Origin: a virus
Taxonomy: Duplodnaviria > Caudoviricetes
Virus record (IMG/VR): IMGVR_UViG_3300025018_000137
Coordinates: 11,143-75,142 of that record
DNA: 64,000 bases
Strand: one strand, 5' to 3'
The notes below the pieces were generated by a model. That model did no database searches. It was given only the letters and a program-made list of their open reading frames with translations, and was not told the origin of the DNA. Below, one piece after another: positions 53,222-62,018 of the stretch. The position numbers and the translations under genes are program-made. Positions within the stretch are counted from its first letter, which is position 1, and each line of letters opens with the position of its first letter.

Positions 53222-53434
53222 TCATTCGATCTCGCCCGTCCCGGCGAAGCTAATCAGGTAAGGGAGAAGATCGCAAACCATCTTCTTCGTGAGATGGCCG
53301 CATTCCGCAGTTATGCGGCCGATGTGTAGGTGCGGGGCTTCAGGGCAACTGCTCTCCTGAACCGTGAATATCTTGCCGTCCGCATCGGTGATATCGACGA
53401 AGGCCAGTCCCGCCGCCGTATGCTGTACCTTCAT
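53222..53434 (-). CDS. Hypothetical protein
   Basis: 70-aa ORF after an AGGAG RBS; FTVQESS motif. Confidence 0.45.
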   Translation of the reverse strand: MKVQHTAAGLAFVDITDADGKIFTVQESSCPEAPHLHIGRITAECGHLTKKMVCDLLPYLISFAGTGEIE

Positions 53435-53545
53435 GCCTGCGCTCCTTCTTGGCTGAATTATGAACCCGCATTGTACCAAACCCAGTAATCCTATGTAAGC
53501 GGGTCAGGCAAATAAATCTAGCTGCTCATACGGCATGTCGGGCCA

Positions 53546-54013
53546 TCAATAATCCCCTTCCGCTACCTGAAGACAAGTAACGCCGTGAGCCCGAAACATC
53601 TCGACACACCGTTTCCGGTCCTCGAAGGCCACAATTCTATCCTCGAACAATAGCGTCCGGCTCAGGTCTTCCAGCCATATCTTCTTGATGATGTAGTCAG
53701 GCACGTTGTTGCCATCCGGCCGCATCAACAGACGCATGCTGATCGCACTAGGGTCAATCGAAGTGAATCGATGGAGCCAACGTACCGTGTCGGCACGAAT
53801 CGACTCCGTCCGCCCGGTCCATATACGAACGTTCTGCTGAGAGAACCACAAGTCAGAGAATAGGCGAAGCACGGGCGATATCGGGGCGTCGTACTTGGCC
53901 ATCCCGTAGAAGTCATCCCACCTTCTCAGGTCGCGTTTGTTCTTCAGGATGTGAACGCGGTGCCCCGGATCGGACAGCGTACCGTCAATATCAAACACGT
54001 AGAAGACTCTCAT
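53546..54013 (-). CDS. HAD-superfamily phosphatase (PNKP phosphatase-domain-like)
   Basis: VFDIDGTL (DxDxT), WTGR, MRPDG...D...K, AFEDR...VEMFRAHGVTCLQVAEGDY. Confidence 0.85.
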   Translation of the reverse strand: MRVFYVFDIDGTLSDPGHRVHILKNKRDLRRWDDFYGMAKYDAPISPVLRLFSDLWFSQQNVRIWTGRTESIRADTVRWLHRFTSIDPSAISMRLLMRPDGNNVPDYIIKKIWLEDLSRTLLFEDRIVAFEDRKRCVEMFRAHGVTCLQVAEGDY

Positions 54014-54204
54014 GATTAGTATGCTCCGGGAAGACGTTTTTTACAGCCAACGCTGAAGTTTTAGCAGGCGCTGCTTTTCCTTGTACTTCCCTTCGCAGGC
54101 AAGCCCAATTCTACGCTGCAGCACTCTCCGTTTTCGGTTACGAGCCATCCTGCTCTTGTCGGCCAGAGTCAACCACCTGTCGTCGCCCATACATGGTGGC
54201 ATCT

Positions 54205-54522
54205 TCATGCCTGCTCCTTGCTAGACCAGAACGCGGGGTACATGGGCCTGCCGGCGTCCTCTACCTTGGCGAAGTCGATTTCATCAGCCAACGGAGAGTG
54301 CTCCCCCGCGAAATAAGCAACCGACACCGACAGAGCCTCCGAGAGCTTCATTAGCGTCGGCAGACTCGGAATGATCTTGCCAAGCTCGTAAGAACTGATT
54401 ATGTTCGGGACGACCCCGATCTTCTTGGCCAGCCGATTCTGGCCCAGCAGCTTACGTCTGCGTGCTGCCCGGATTCTGTCTCCTAGTTCGATCCCGAATC
54501 TGCTACTCACTTCGTTTTTCAC
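54205..54522 (-). CDS. XRE-family HTH transcriptional regulator
   Basis: LGDRIRAARRRKLLGQNRLAKKIGV...ISSYELGKIIPSLPTLMKLSEAL. Confidence 0.85.
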   Translation of the reverse strand: MKNEVSSRFGIELGDRIRAARRRKLLGQNRLAKKIGVVPNIISSYELGKIIPSLPTLMKLSEALSVSVAYFAGEHSPLADEIDFAKVEDAGRPMYPAFWSSKEQA

Positions 54523-54851
54523 TTCTCGCGTACCTCTTGTTGTGGAACTCGGGGTAGTTCTTTCTCGTCAGTTTCGCCGATCAGGTAACCCACGCTAACG
54601 CCAAGACCTGCCGCGACTTTCACCAACGTTTCTACTGTCGGGACCAAGTCCGCCCGCTCGTACTGGTGTATGGCCCATCCACGGATGGATGTCATCCCCG
54701 CCCTGCGTGCCAGCTCATTACCGCTGATCCCGAGTTTGGCCCGCTCTTCCGCAATCCGCAGACCGATGATCTCGCGAAGCGAAAGAGGCCCATCTTCGTC
54801 TTCCAGCGGTGTAATCGATTTCACAACTACGGCGGGTAGTTCTCTGCTCAT
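54519..54851 (-). CDS. XRE-family HTH transcriptional regulator
   Basis: IGLRIAEERAKLGISGNELARRAG...IHQYERADLVPTVETLVKVAAGLGVS. Confidence 0.85.
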   Translation of the reverse strand: MSRELPAVVVKSITPLEDEDGPLSLREIIGLRIAEERAKLGISGNELARRAGMTSIRGWAIHQYERADLVPTVETLVKVAAGLGVSVGYLIGETDEKELPRVPQQEVREK

Positions 54852-54885
54852 GTCTTCTTTCCTCGCGTGCGAAGCCTTGGCTTCT

Positions 54886-55203
54886 TCACTTTTCGCTCTC
54901 CAAGCAGACCTTGACCCCGTTCTCCCGCCCGGGCAGGGCGACAGCCGAGTGCGGTCCATTGCCCAGTCTCAGATAGGTCGGCATACAATCCATCTCATCG
55001 GCGAGCATGAGCAGAAGGTGCGGCCGTATTCTATCGAGGACAACATCCAGACGACGGGTTAGAAGGTCGTCGCAGTCGGCGCACAGCACCGTGTACCCTC
55101 TAACTGTCCGGATGTGCTCTTTCGCGTAGACAAAGCCCCCCGGTAGATGTCCCTCGGACGACTTCTCGTCCCCGCAATGGCAGCAACGAAATACGATGGG
55201 CAT
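54886..55203 (-). CDS. Zn-finger hypothetical protein
   Basis: CCHCG...LCADCD. Confidence 0.45.
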   Translation of the reverse strand: MPIVFRCCHCGDEKSSEGHLPGGFVYAKEHIRTVRGYTVLCADCDDLLTRRLDVVLDRIRPHLLLMLADEMDCMPTYLRLGNGPHSAVALPGRENGVKVCLESEK

Positions 55204-55460
55204 TAGGTTCTCCTTTGCAGTTCTTGCGTAAACTTCGCAATGGCACTGATTTCGCCCTCGTAGGTAAACCATACGTAGGTGCATGCCTTGCATCGTCGCT
55301 CCCGCCGAACCATACACACGTCGGGGTAGCGGTGGGGGGTCTGTAGTACGTAGCAGGAATCGTTGACGATATCGTAGGCTCGCGTAGCCGCGACTATCGA
55401 TTCGGTCTTTTTGCACTTCGGGCATGCTAGGCCCTTCTTGTGCCACTGGTTCTTAGCCAT
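55203..55460 (-). CDS. NrdR-N-like zinc-ribbon protein
   Basis: CPKCK...VAATR...VRRERRCKACTYVWFTYE; lacks the ATP-cone of NrdR. Confidence 0.65.
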   Translation of the reverse strand: MAKNQWHKKGLACPKCKKTESIVAATRAYDIVNDSCYVLQTPHRYPDVCMVRRERRCKACTYVWFTYEGEISAIAKFTQELQRRT

Positions 55461-55776
55461 TCTGTACGCCTGTTTTTGTGATTGATTTCACTGAGTCGGA
55501 CTACGGCTGTCGGCCAGCCCCGACGAATTGAGAGAGGTCTGGCAGGCCGTACTTTGGAACGTATCTGCGTGTTGCTTATTGGTTCTCCTGTTCTCCGTCA
55601 GAGTGCTTCTCACACCATTCCCCGCCGTATCCGTATCCGCGCTTGCGCGGGCACTGGCTCATCTTCCCCCTCCCGTATGGGGGGACCGAGGCCGCGCACC
55701 GAGCATGATCTATGGGGGTTTGTCTCTCGCCCGGAACGTATCTGCGTGTCACTTATTGGTTCCTCCTGTTTGCCGC

Positions 55777-56052
55777 CTACAGCGGCAGCTCGATCTGCGC
55801 CGCCGTGTAAGTAGTTCGACTGCTGCGGTACGCCTCGATAACTTCCGTAATACGATCGAGCAGTTCGGTGTCCATCTGGCCCTGCTCCGGGATATCGACC
55901 AGCTTAATGCCCCACTCATGTACGCATTTATCGCAGAATCCGGTGTACGTCCCCATCGGGGTTTCGTTGTCTTCCATGAAGTTTTGCCCGAACATCACAT
56001 CGTTCGTCTTGCATTTCGGGCAGACCAATTCGGACAGCGGCATGGCTTTCAT
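55777..56052 (-). CDS. Zn-ribbon hypothetical protein
   Basis: CPKCK...FCDKC; start overlaps the upstream stop. Confidence 0.5.
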   Translation of the reverse strand: MKAMPLSELVCPKCKTNDVMFGQNFMEDNETPMGTYTGFCDKCVHEWGIKLVDIPEQGQMDTELLDRITEVIEAYRSSRTTYTAAQIELPL

Positions 56053-56699
56053 GCGGAATTCTCCGGAAGGCCCTTGATGATGAGGTTGCGAAGATCGTAA
56101 CTGAACAGGTAGTCCACGTTCCCTGCCACCTCGGCCGCGTTGATCGTCCCGAGAACGTAGAACAGAGGCCCCTGCTCGAAGTAGTCGGGGTTCTCCGCGT
56201 CGATCACGAAGGTGTCGGTCATGTCGACGGGACCGGCAACCAGAGTCGGACGCGGTGTAAGCCCATCTGCATAGTCGTGCATCCCCTGACGGTAGCGCCT
56301 CTCCGCCGTCAGGATGTCGATGATCCGCTCCATAGCTCTCCATTCGATCGGCGGGCACGGCGGACGCTCTGGCTCCGGGGGCTTCACTTGGTCTGGCAGG
56401 TAGCTCATGTCGTTGTTCTCCTTCTGGTACTGCATTCGCTCTTCGATGGCCAGCTTGGCCCTGCGCAAATACGTGCGTCTCTGTACTCCACTCCCGAACT
56501 TCCCTCGCCGACGCAGGTTGGCGGTGTAGACCACCTCCCCGGCCGCGTTCGGCCATCTCACCGTCAAGCGCCCGCGACGAAGGCACACATGGCCTACCGT
56601 CTGGTCATCAACACTGACGTGATACTGCTCGGGGTCTTCTGTCGATGTCATACGGAACAGGTATTTTTCTACCGCTACGTCCCGCTCGTATCTTCGCAT
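56049..56699 (-). CDS. Hypothetical protein (possible two-gene fusion)
   Basis: 216-aa ORF with an internal AAGGAG RBS and ATG at 56408. Confidence 0.45.
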   Translation of the reverse strand: MRRYERDVAVEKYLFRMTSTEDPEQYHVSVDDQTVGHVCLRRGRLTVRWPNAAGEVVYTANLRRRGKFGSGVQRRTYLRRAKLAIEERMQYQKENNDMSYLPDQVKPPEPERPPCPPIEWRAMERIIDILTAERRYRQGMHDYADGLTPRPTLVAGPVDMTDTFVIDAENPDYFEQGPLFYVLGTINAAEVAGNVDYLFSYDLRNLIIKGLPENSA

Positions 56700-57109
56700 G
56701 GTGGTTCCTTCTTTTTTGTATAAGGACAACCGGCTCCGATCCACCATGCCAGCCATTGGGAATTCAGGGGTTTACCTCCCCAGAACGCGTTTGCATCGGG
56801 AGGCTGTGGGATAGAGGACCATACCTTCTCGTCCCCCTGCAGCACTTCCAATACCCTACTTACGATCGCTTCGTGATCCCCCGTCACGGTATCCTCATAT
56901 ACAGGGGGGCGCGCATTCCGAATCCTGAACTGCTCGCTGTGCCCGTGCGGCTTCCCGCCATCGGAATACAGAACCCGAATATGCTCCCGGCGCAGGGGGG
57001 ACCATAGGAGCACAAGGTGCGGGTGCTCGGGGTCCGCCCAATCTTCTTGGTGGGCCGCGACTGTCCAGTCCTGCGCATCGATCTCTAGCGGTTTGGACCA
57101 ATCAATCAT
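56675..57109 (-). CDS. Hypothetical phage protein
   Basis: MIDWSKPLE start motif; GGAAGAG RBS. Confidence 0.5.
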   Translation of the reverse strand: MIDWSKPLEIDAQDWTVAAHQEDWADPEHPHLVLLWSPLRREHIRVLYSDGGKPHGHSEQFRIRNARPPVYEDTVTGDHEAIVSRVLEVLQGDEKVWSSIPQPPDANAFWGGKPLNSQWLAWWIGAGCPYTKKKEPPCEDTSGT

Positions 57110-57252
57110 GTCTTACTCTTCCTCCCGATCGCCGGCATCTGGCCCACGAACTCTTGGGCCTCATACGGCCCGCCGAGCATATCGGACAGCATCTCGACAA
57201 GCGCCCGTTCCACTCCGCTAGGCAGGTCTTTACTGTTCATTCGCTCTTGTCC

Positions 57253-57516
57253 TCATTGTTGGATTCCCGCATGGTTGGATTCCCGCATGTTCTTCAGAAC
57301 GGTCCGGGCCACGATGGTAAGACCGTAGGCCGGAGCATACCCTCGAAAGAAGTGGTCCTCCAGTTCGCCACGTAGGCGCATCTGCTGCACCCAACTGTGA
57401 ACGTCCTTGTCGAAAGATATCCGTCTGGCTTCGGAATCGTAGATTTGGACCAGCGTCCGGGCTTCTTCGCACGACCGAACACGAACCCCCTTCCCCATCC
57501 TCGCTCTCTTCGCCAT
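57253..57516 (-). CDS. Hypothetical protein
   Basis: 87 aa, GGAGG RBS, first gene after the promoter at 57580-57608. Confidence 0.5.
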   Translation of the reverse strand: MAKRARMGKGVRVRSCEEARTLVQIYDSEARRISFDKDVHSWVQQMRLRGELEDHFFRGYAPAYGLTIVARTVLKNMRESNHAGIQQ

Positions 57517-57579
57517 CTACCCGCCTCCTTCCCCGTATTCGCCATCTACCCGTCTTCGGACAAACCTATATGGATGCCC

Positions 57580-57608
57580 ATTGTAAACAATCCTATATAT
57601 CCGTGCAA
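57580..57608 (-). promoter_or_regulatory. sigma70-like promoter
   Basis: TTGCAC (57608-57603), 17 nt, TACAAT (57585-57580). Confidence 0.65.
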
Positions 57609-57660
57609 CCATATATGGTAACTCCGCACGCGCACCCATCGACCCGGAAACTGCGGGGGT

Positions 57661-57950
57661 AGAGAGACCTTATAGGTAGAAGGTAGAAGGAGGTAGAAGG
57701 TAGAAGGTAATAATCCCATACAACCGGGTCTCGGCACCTTCTAGGTAGCCAACGGCACCTTCTAGGTAGCCAACGGCACCTTCTAGGTAGAGAGACCTCT
57801 TAGGTAGAGAGACCTCTTAGGTAGAGAGAATGACCGCATGGCCCCCCTTTTTTCGATCCTATGCAGGCCAGTGTGTGTTCCCGAGTGTGTGTTTCCTAGA
57901 GCTTTTCCTAGGCCCGAATCTTATGCCCGAATCTTATGCCCGAATCCTAG
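57661..57950. repeat. Cluster of short tandem repeats
   Basis: AGGTAGA runs; GGCACCTTCTAGGTAGCCAAC x~2.7 (21 bp); AGAGACCTCTTAGGTAG x2 (17 bp); CCCGAATCTTATG x~2.6 (13 bp). Confidence 0.8.
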
Positions 57951-58002
57951 TGTGTAATCGATTTCACATCTTAGGGGTGTGTGTGAAGGTGTTGCATAGT
58001 GC

Positions 58003-58116
58003 TAGATACAAATAAATCTATACATACAACACCAAGTCCGCATACATTCGCATCTGTTATGGCATAGATACAAATAAACTTATACATACAACACCAAGTC
58101 CGCATACATTCGCATC
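58003..58116. repeat. 52-bp AT-rich direct repeat, 62-bp period
   Basis: 58003-58054 and 58065-58116 differ at 2 positions. Confidence 0.85.
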
Positions 58117-58346
58117 CCTCAGCAGGCTAACCGAAAAAAAATGGTGCGAAAATTTCCCGTCCTTGATCCAGCATGTAAATCGGGTATTTTTTCGCGCCTT
58201 AGTGGAGTTGGTTACGCGCCATTGTCAAGCCGTTAGACGACCGTTCGTCGGGTGACATTTTTCGTCGCGCCTTAGCGGAACTGTTAGCATGACGACAAAA
58301 AAAAGGCGCGATATCCTCGCGCCTTAGTTTGGTCGCTGGCCGCGCC

Positions 58347-58724
58347 TTAGTCGAATTGTCGGCCGCTGAATTCTAGATTCTCGCGACGTTGCCGAGCGAG
58401 CTTGTCGTACTGCGAGAGTACCGCGCCCTTGTACTTTCGTTCGTGCTCTCGGCGCGCTTTGCGTGCATCTTGCGCTCGCGCTTGTACTCTTGCCGTAGCA
58501 AGCGCTGCGGCCCGTACCTTGTATGCGCGCTCGGCGATCTCGGCCCGCGCGATCCGCGCGTTGTCGACGTACGCATGTACCCAATAGGGCACCGCGACGA
58601 TTGCGACAAACGCGATAGTAGCGGCCGGGGTGTGCTCGCTGGTGCCGAACGCGAGCGTCGCTAGAATGGAGACTAAGTATGCCAAGGTAACGGACGCATG
58701 TTGCGTCCTGCACGAGATGTTCAT
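58347..58724 (-). CDS. Membrane-anchored coiled-coil protein
   Basis: Two N-terminal hydrophobic segments and an Ala/Arg-rich helix. Confidence 0.45.
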   Translation of the reverse strand: MNISCRTQHASVTLAYLVSILATLAFGTSEHTPAATIAFVAIVAVPYWVHAYVDNARIARAEIAERAYKVRAAALATARVQARAQDARKARREHERKYKGAVLSQYDKLARQRRENLEFSGRQFD

Positions 58725-58777
58725 ACGTGTTCCTCCCGGCGCGTGGGATGGGGCGCGCGTCGCGCGCCCCGGTCGCG

Positions 58778-59383
58778 TCATGCCATTTCCGAGCTTGAGT
58801 ACTCGAACGATAACGCGATCTTGGCGCCGTCCGCGTCGATGGCGATCTTGCCGCCCTCGGTCATGGCGACGGCCATAGCTCTGACTACGTCCGCTCCGCG
58901 CGCGTTCCAATTCGGATTGGCGTTAACCATGCGATTGCCAAACCATAACTTCCCTTTATCCGTCAATCCCTCTTTCGAGAGATTCCCGGAACGGATGTGG
59001 TAGTCGACTGGGCCGGAGCCGATTAGGGCCCGGAGCAAGGCGAGACGTGCCTTGCTCCGCCCTTTGACGAGGATCCCGGCTCGGTCAAGATCGGCGAAGC
59101 CGGTGGCGATTAGCGCGCCGATCGTATATGCCGACTTCGTGCGCGTGTCCGCGCCGATGACGCGGTAGGGCGACTGCTTGCCCGGGGCTACCGAGAAGAC
59201 CGAGAAGACCGTGGCCGTCGTGGCCGCGGCTTTCGTCGTGGCCGCGGCTTTCGTCGTGGCCGCGGCTTTCGTCGTGGCCGCGGCTTTCGTCGTGGCCGCG
59301 GCTTTTGCGGCTGCGGCTTTCGCGGCTGCGGCTTTCGCGACTGCGGCTTTCGCGGCCGCGCGAGAAATCTTGGGATCGGTCAT
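58778..59383 (-). CDS. Early protein with Ala/Lys/Thr-rich N-terminal repeats; paralog of 62528-62842
   Basis: KAAATT x4 (18-nt repeats); C-terminal domain aligns by eye with the 62528 product. Confidence 0.6.
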   Translation of the reverse strand: MTDPKISRAAAKAAVAKAAAAKAAAAKAAATTKAAATTKAAATTKAAATTKAAATTATVFSVFSVAPGKQSPYRVIGADTRTKSAYTIGALIATGFADLDRAGILVKGRSKARLALLRALIGSGPVDYHIRSGNLSKEGLTDKGKLWFGNRMVNANPNWNARGADVVRAMAVAMTEGGKIAIDADGAKIALSFEYSSSEMA

Positions 59384-59765
59384 GGTCTGGTACCTGTCAT
59401 AATTGTCGAGCTCCCGTCTGGGGGCTGGCCGGCCGACATGGCCGACATTCGGAAATTGACGCATGTAGGCCCGATTTGCAACCGGTTTTATAAGATTCTT
59501 CGGTCGACCGACGAACGGTAGGTATGCTGCCCCGCTCGAATGGCGATCGATCGGCGCGGCCGGCGCTCGTGTAATCGTCTGCAAACGCGATCCGCATACG
59601 TGCATCTATATGTGTGGAGCATGGCCGAAAATGCGCTGGAGACGATTTAGGTAAGTACCCTATACGCTGGCATAGGCCCGAACAAACGCGTCCTGTAGAG
59701 CGTCCTAGTCGCCGTACGCGCGGCATTGCGCCTTAGCGGATTCGTTGTAGTTTTTTTCTTCCTCG

Positions 59766-59910
59766 CGCGAATAATGCTTGCGCTCGCATACGATTCTATG
59801 GTTGCGATCGGCCATCGCGAATAATGCTTGCGCTCGCATACGATTCTATGGTTGCGGCAAAACGTCGTCCGACGAATGGCATTGCGCTCGCATACGATTC
59901 TATGGTTGCG
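59766..59910. repeat. Triplicated non-coding element
   Basis: 41-bp copies at 59766-59806 and 59816-59856; 29-bp core TTGCGCTCGCATACGATTCTATGGTTGCG again at 59882-59910. Confidence 0.85.
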
Positions 59911-60029
59911 CTAGACAAACCCGATTCGCGCGCCCTAGTGGAACCGTTAGTTGATGACGATTCAGTTATGGTGCGTGCGCCTTCGCGCCATAGTTAGGCT
60001 GTGCGGAACGGATTCATCATGGCGCGAGA

Positions 60030-60129
60030 TTGAATGCGAATGATTCGCATTCAACGGAAATGAGAATGATTCTCATTCAACGGAAATGCGAATGATTCGC
60101 ATTCAACGGAAACGAGAATCATTCTCATT
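60030..60129. promoter_or_regulatory. Tandem array of four Fur-box-like 9-1-9 inverted repeats (26-bp period)
   Basis: AATGCGAATGATTCGCATT (60033), AATGAGAATGATTCTCATT (60059), AATGCGAATGATTCGCATT (60085), AACGAGAATCATTCTCATT (60111); 14-16 of 18 defined positions match AATGATAATnATTATCATT. Confidence 0.6.
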
Positions 60130-60381
60130 CTCATTCGCATCAGTCAGCAGACCCTGTTAATACACCAGCCAGCCCAGAGGGGTAGGTGTCAGCACCACGC
60201 ACCACGCACCACTATCAGGCGAAACTGTGCCGATGGAATAGGGTCTATCCAGCAGAGCAGCAGCACCTATTACGCAGACACCAGCTAGCGATGGTATAAG
60301 CGCCACTAAACGGACAGCACTCAGCCAGCAGGTATGGACGATGGAGAGAGAGCCTAACTAGGCTCTCTCTGCGTGTGAAGG

Positions 60382-60858
60382 CTAGATCAAGAATCCGTTC
60401 TTGGCGTATCTAGTCCAAGAATGGGGCACAATTTCGTTCCATGATTTTTGGGAAATTGCATCCACTACGTGTTCTCTGCGGACCTCGATTCCGCCTTCGG
60501 CAGTCAAGACCAAAACAAGGAATCCATAGTCGACATGGTCGAACCACATGAACTGTCGGATGTCATACCCGTCCGGACCAGTTACTTCCGCGTACAACGA
60601 CGATACATCCAGTACCGCCTGCCCGCCGACCCGATCGTACAGATAAACCTGATCGTGCAACGTCACGATGCCGGACTGTACCGCGCACATCGCGTTGTAC
60701 GATCCGTACTCGCCATTCCACATGGCGAATTGGACCGCATGTTGGAACTCTATGGTTCCGTTGGTGTTGCAACTGTGCAACACCTCGCCAAGGCGTAGCG
60801 GATTGCAAAGGCCGGTGTCGACCAACGGAATCGAAGTCTGGAGTATTGAAGTATGCAT
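60382..60858 (-). CDS. Hypothetical protein
   Basis: 158-aa ORF. Confidence 0.5.
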   Translation of the reverse strand: MHTSILQTSIPLVDTGLCNPLRLGEVLHSCNTNGTIEFQHAVQFAMWNGEYGSYNAMCAVQSGIVTLHDQVYLYDRVGGQAVLDVSSLYAEVTGPDGYDIRQFMWFDHVDYGFLVLVLTAEGGIEVRREHVVDAISQKSWNEIVPHSWTRYAKNGFLI

Positions 60859-60986
60859 CTTTCACTGTCCTATCTGTGATGCGCGAATTGCGCGACGCCA
60901 TTGTACGACATGCTCGCCGCTCAAGAATACCCCCCGCAGATATAATCTTCGAACGATCACAGGTGGCATCCGGTCTGTAATCAATT

Positions 60987-61634
60987 TCACTCTAGCACGT
61001 CAATGTATTCATCGACCCACCTGCAACGACGTACAACGCGTACAGGCCGGGCGTCGTACTGCGCCGGCGGCCGATAAATAGTAGAGCGATCCAGACGGGT
61101 GACATACATGAGCGGTACCTTGAGCGCTCTCGCCAGTCGTTGCGCCCGCTCCGTTAGTTCGGGCCAGCGGTCCCGGACGTGATCCTTCAACCATACCGCT
61201 TGTATGGCGGTGACGTGATGGATGACGGCGGCCGCTTCGGCATACGCGCCTTTGACCGGATGCCCCTTCTCATTCGCCGGGCACACATATGTGCCAGACG
61301 CGTAGTCTCGTTCCAGTCCGGGAAGCCCCGGTCGATGGATAGGCTCCCAACAGTTCGCCCATGTCGACACTAGCGACCAGACGTAGGAATCGAGTGGACC
61401 TTCGACATCGGCCGGCCTACTGGATACCCGGACACCCTCATGTACGGACGTCCATGCGTCAGCGCGCCATGCCCGACGTATCTCGGCGCGGGCCAGTATC
61501 CCTACTGGACCGATGGGTCGATCAGCGGCCGCTATCTCTACGCCGATAGCTTTCCGCGTGCGCCGGGCCAAGTTATCGGTGCCGCCGTGGAAGGCGGCCA
61601 GCCCGTGGAATACGGGGACAGTGATCGGCTCCAT
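60987..61634 (-). CDS. Hypothetical protein
   Basis: 215 aa from the ATG at 61634. Confidence 0.5.
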   Translation of the reverse strand: MEPITVPVFHGLAAFHGGTDNLARRTRKAIGVEIAAADRPIGPVGILARAEIRRAWRADAWTSVHEGVRVSSRPADVEGPLDSYVWSLVSTWANCWEPIHRPGLPGLERDYASGTYVCPANEKGHPVKGAYAEAAAVIHHVTAIQAVWLKDHVRDRWPELTERAQRLARALKVPLMYVTRLDRSTIYRPPAQYDARPVRVVRRCRWVDEYIDVLE

Positions 61635-61740
61635 TCTCTTACTTACCTGCCGACTAACTAGAGCCAAACCTAAATCGTCGTCTATATACGATTCTATGTC
61701 AACTACGCAAATGCGGCACAGCACATTAGGAAGCGGTACT

Positions 61741-61836
61741 TCACCACCACCAGTTCACCACCACCACCAGTTCACCACCACCACCAGTTCACCACCAGCA
61801 GTTCACCACCAGCAGCAGTTCACCACCAGCAGCACT
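61741..61836. repeat. Degenerate (CAC/CAG)n-AGTT microsatellite-like tract
   Basis: Repeated CACCACCACCAGTT / CACCACCAGCAGTT units. Confidence 0.75.
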
Positions 61837-61984
61837 ACTGTTACGGCACCACATGCCGATGGAATAGGGTATGGGCAACACGCACCAGACAGACGACGCG
61901 ATGTATTGCACAAAATGTGCCGTCAGAGGAGGGTAGGCAGCAGAGCAGCACCACGGTAGGCAGCAGAGCAGTCTTTGTCTGGGC

Positions 61985-62009
61985 CAAAAGAAAGGCCCCC
62001 GAAGGGGCC
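61985..62009 (-). terminator. Rho-independent terminator
   Basis: AAGGCCCC-TTCG-GGGGCCTT followed by TCTTTT. Confidence 0.75.
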
Positions 62010-62018
62010 TTGTGGATA

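Noticed and set aside
54013-54205. Possible tRNA or ncRNA in an intergenic gap
   Set aside because: No cloverleaf, TTCRA T-loop or CCA end could be identified by eye here or elsewhere in the window.
59766-60129. Possible CRISPR mini-array (repeated 29-41-bp and 26-bp units)
   Set aside because: Intervening sequences are 7-25 bp, not unique equal-length spacers. The Cas4-like gene sits in a recombination context with no cas1/cas2.
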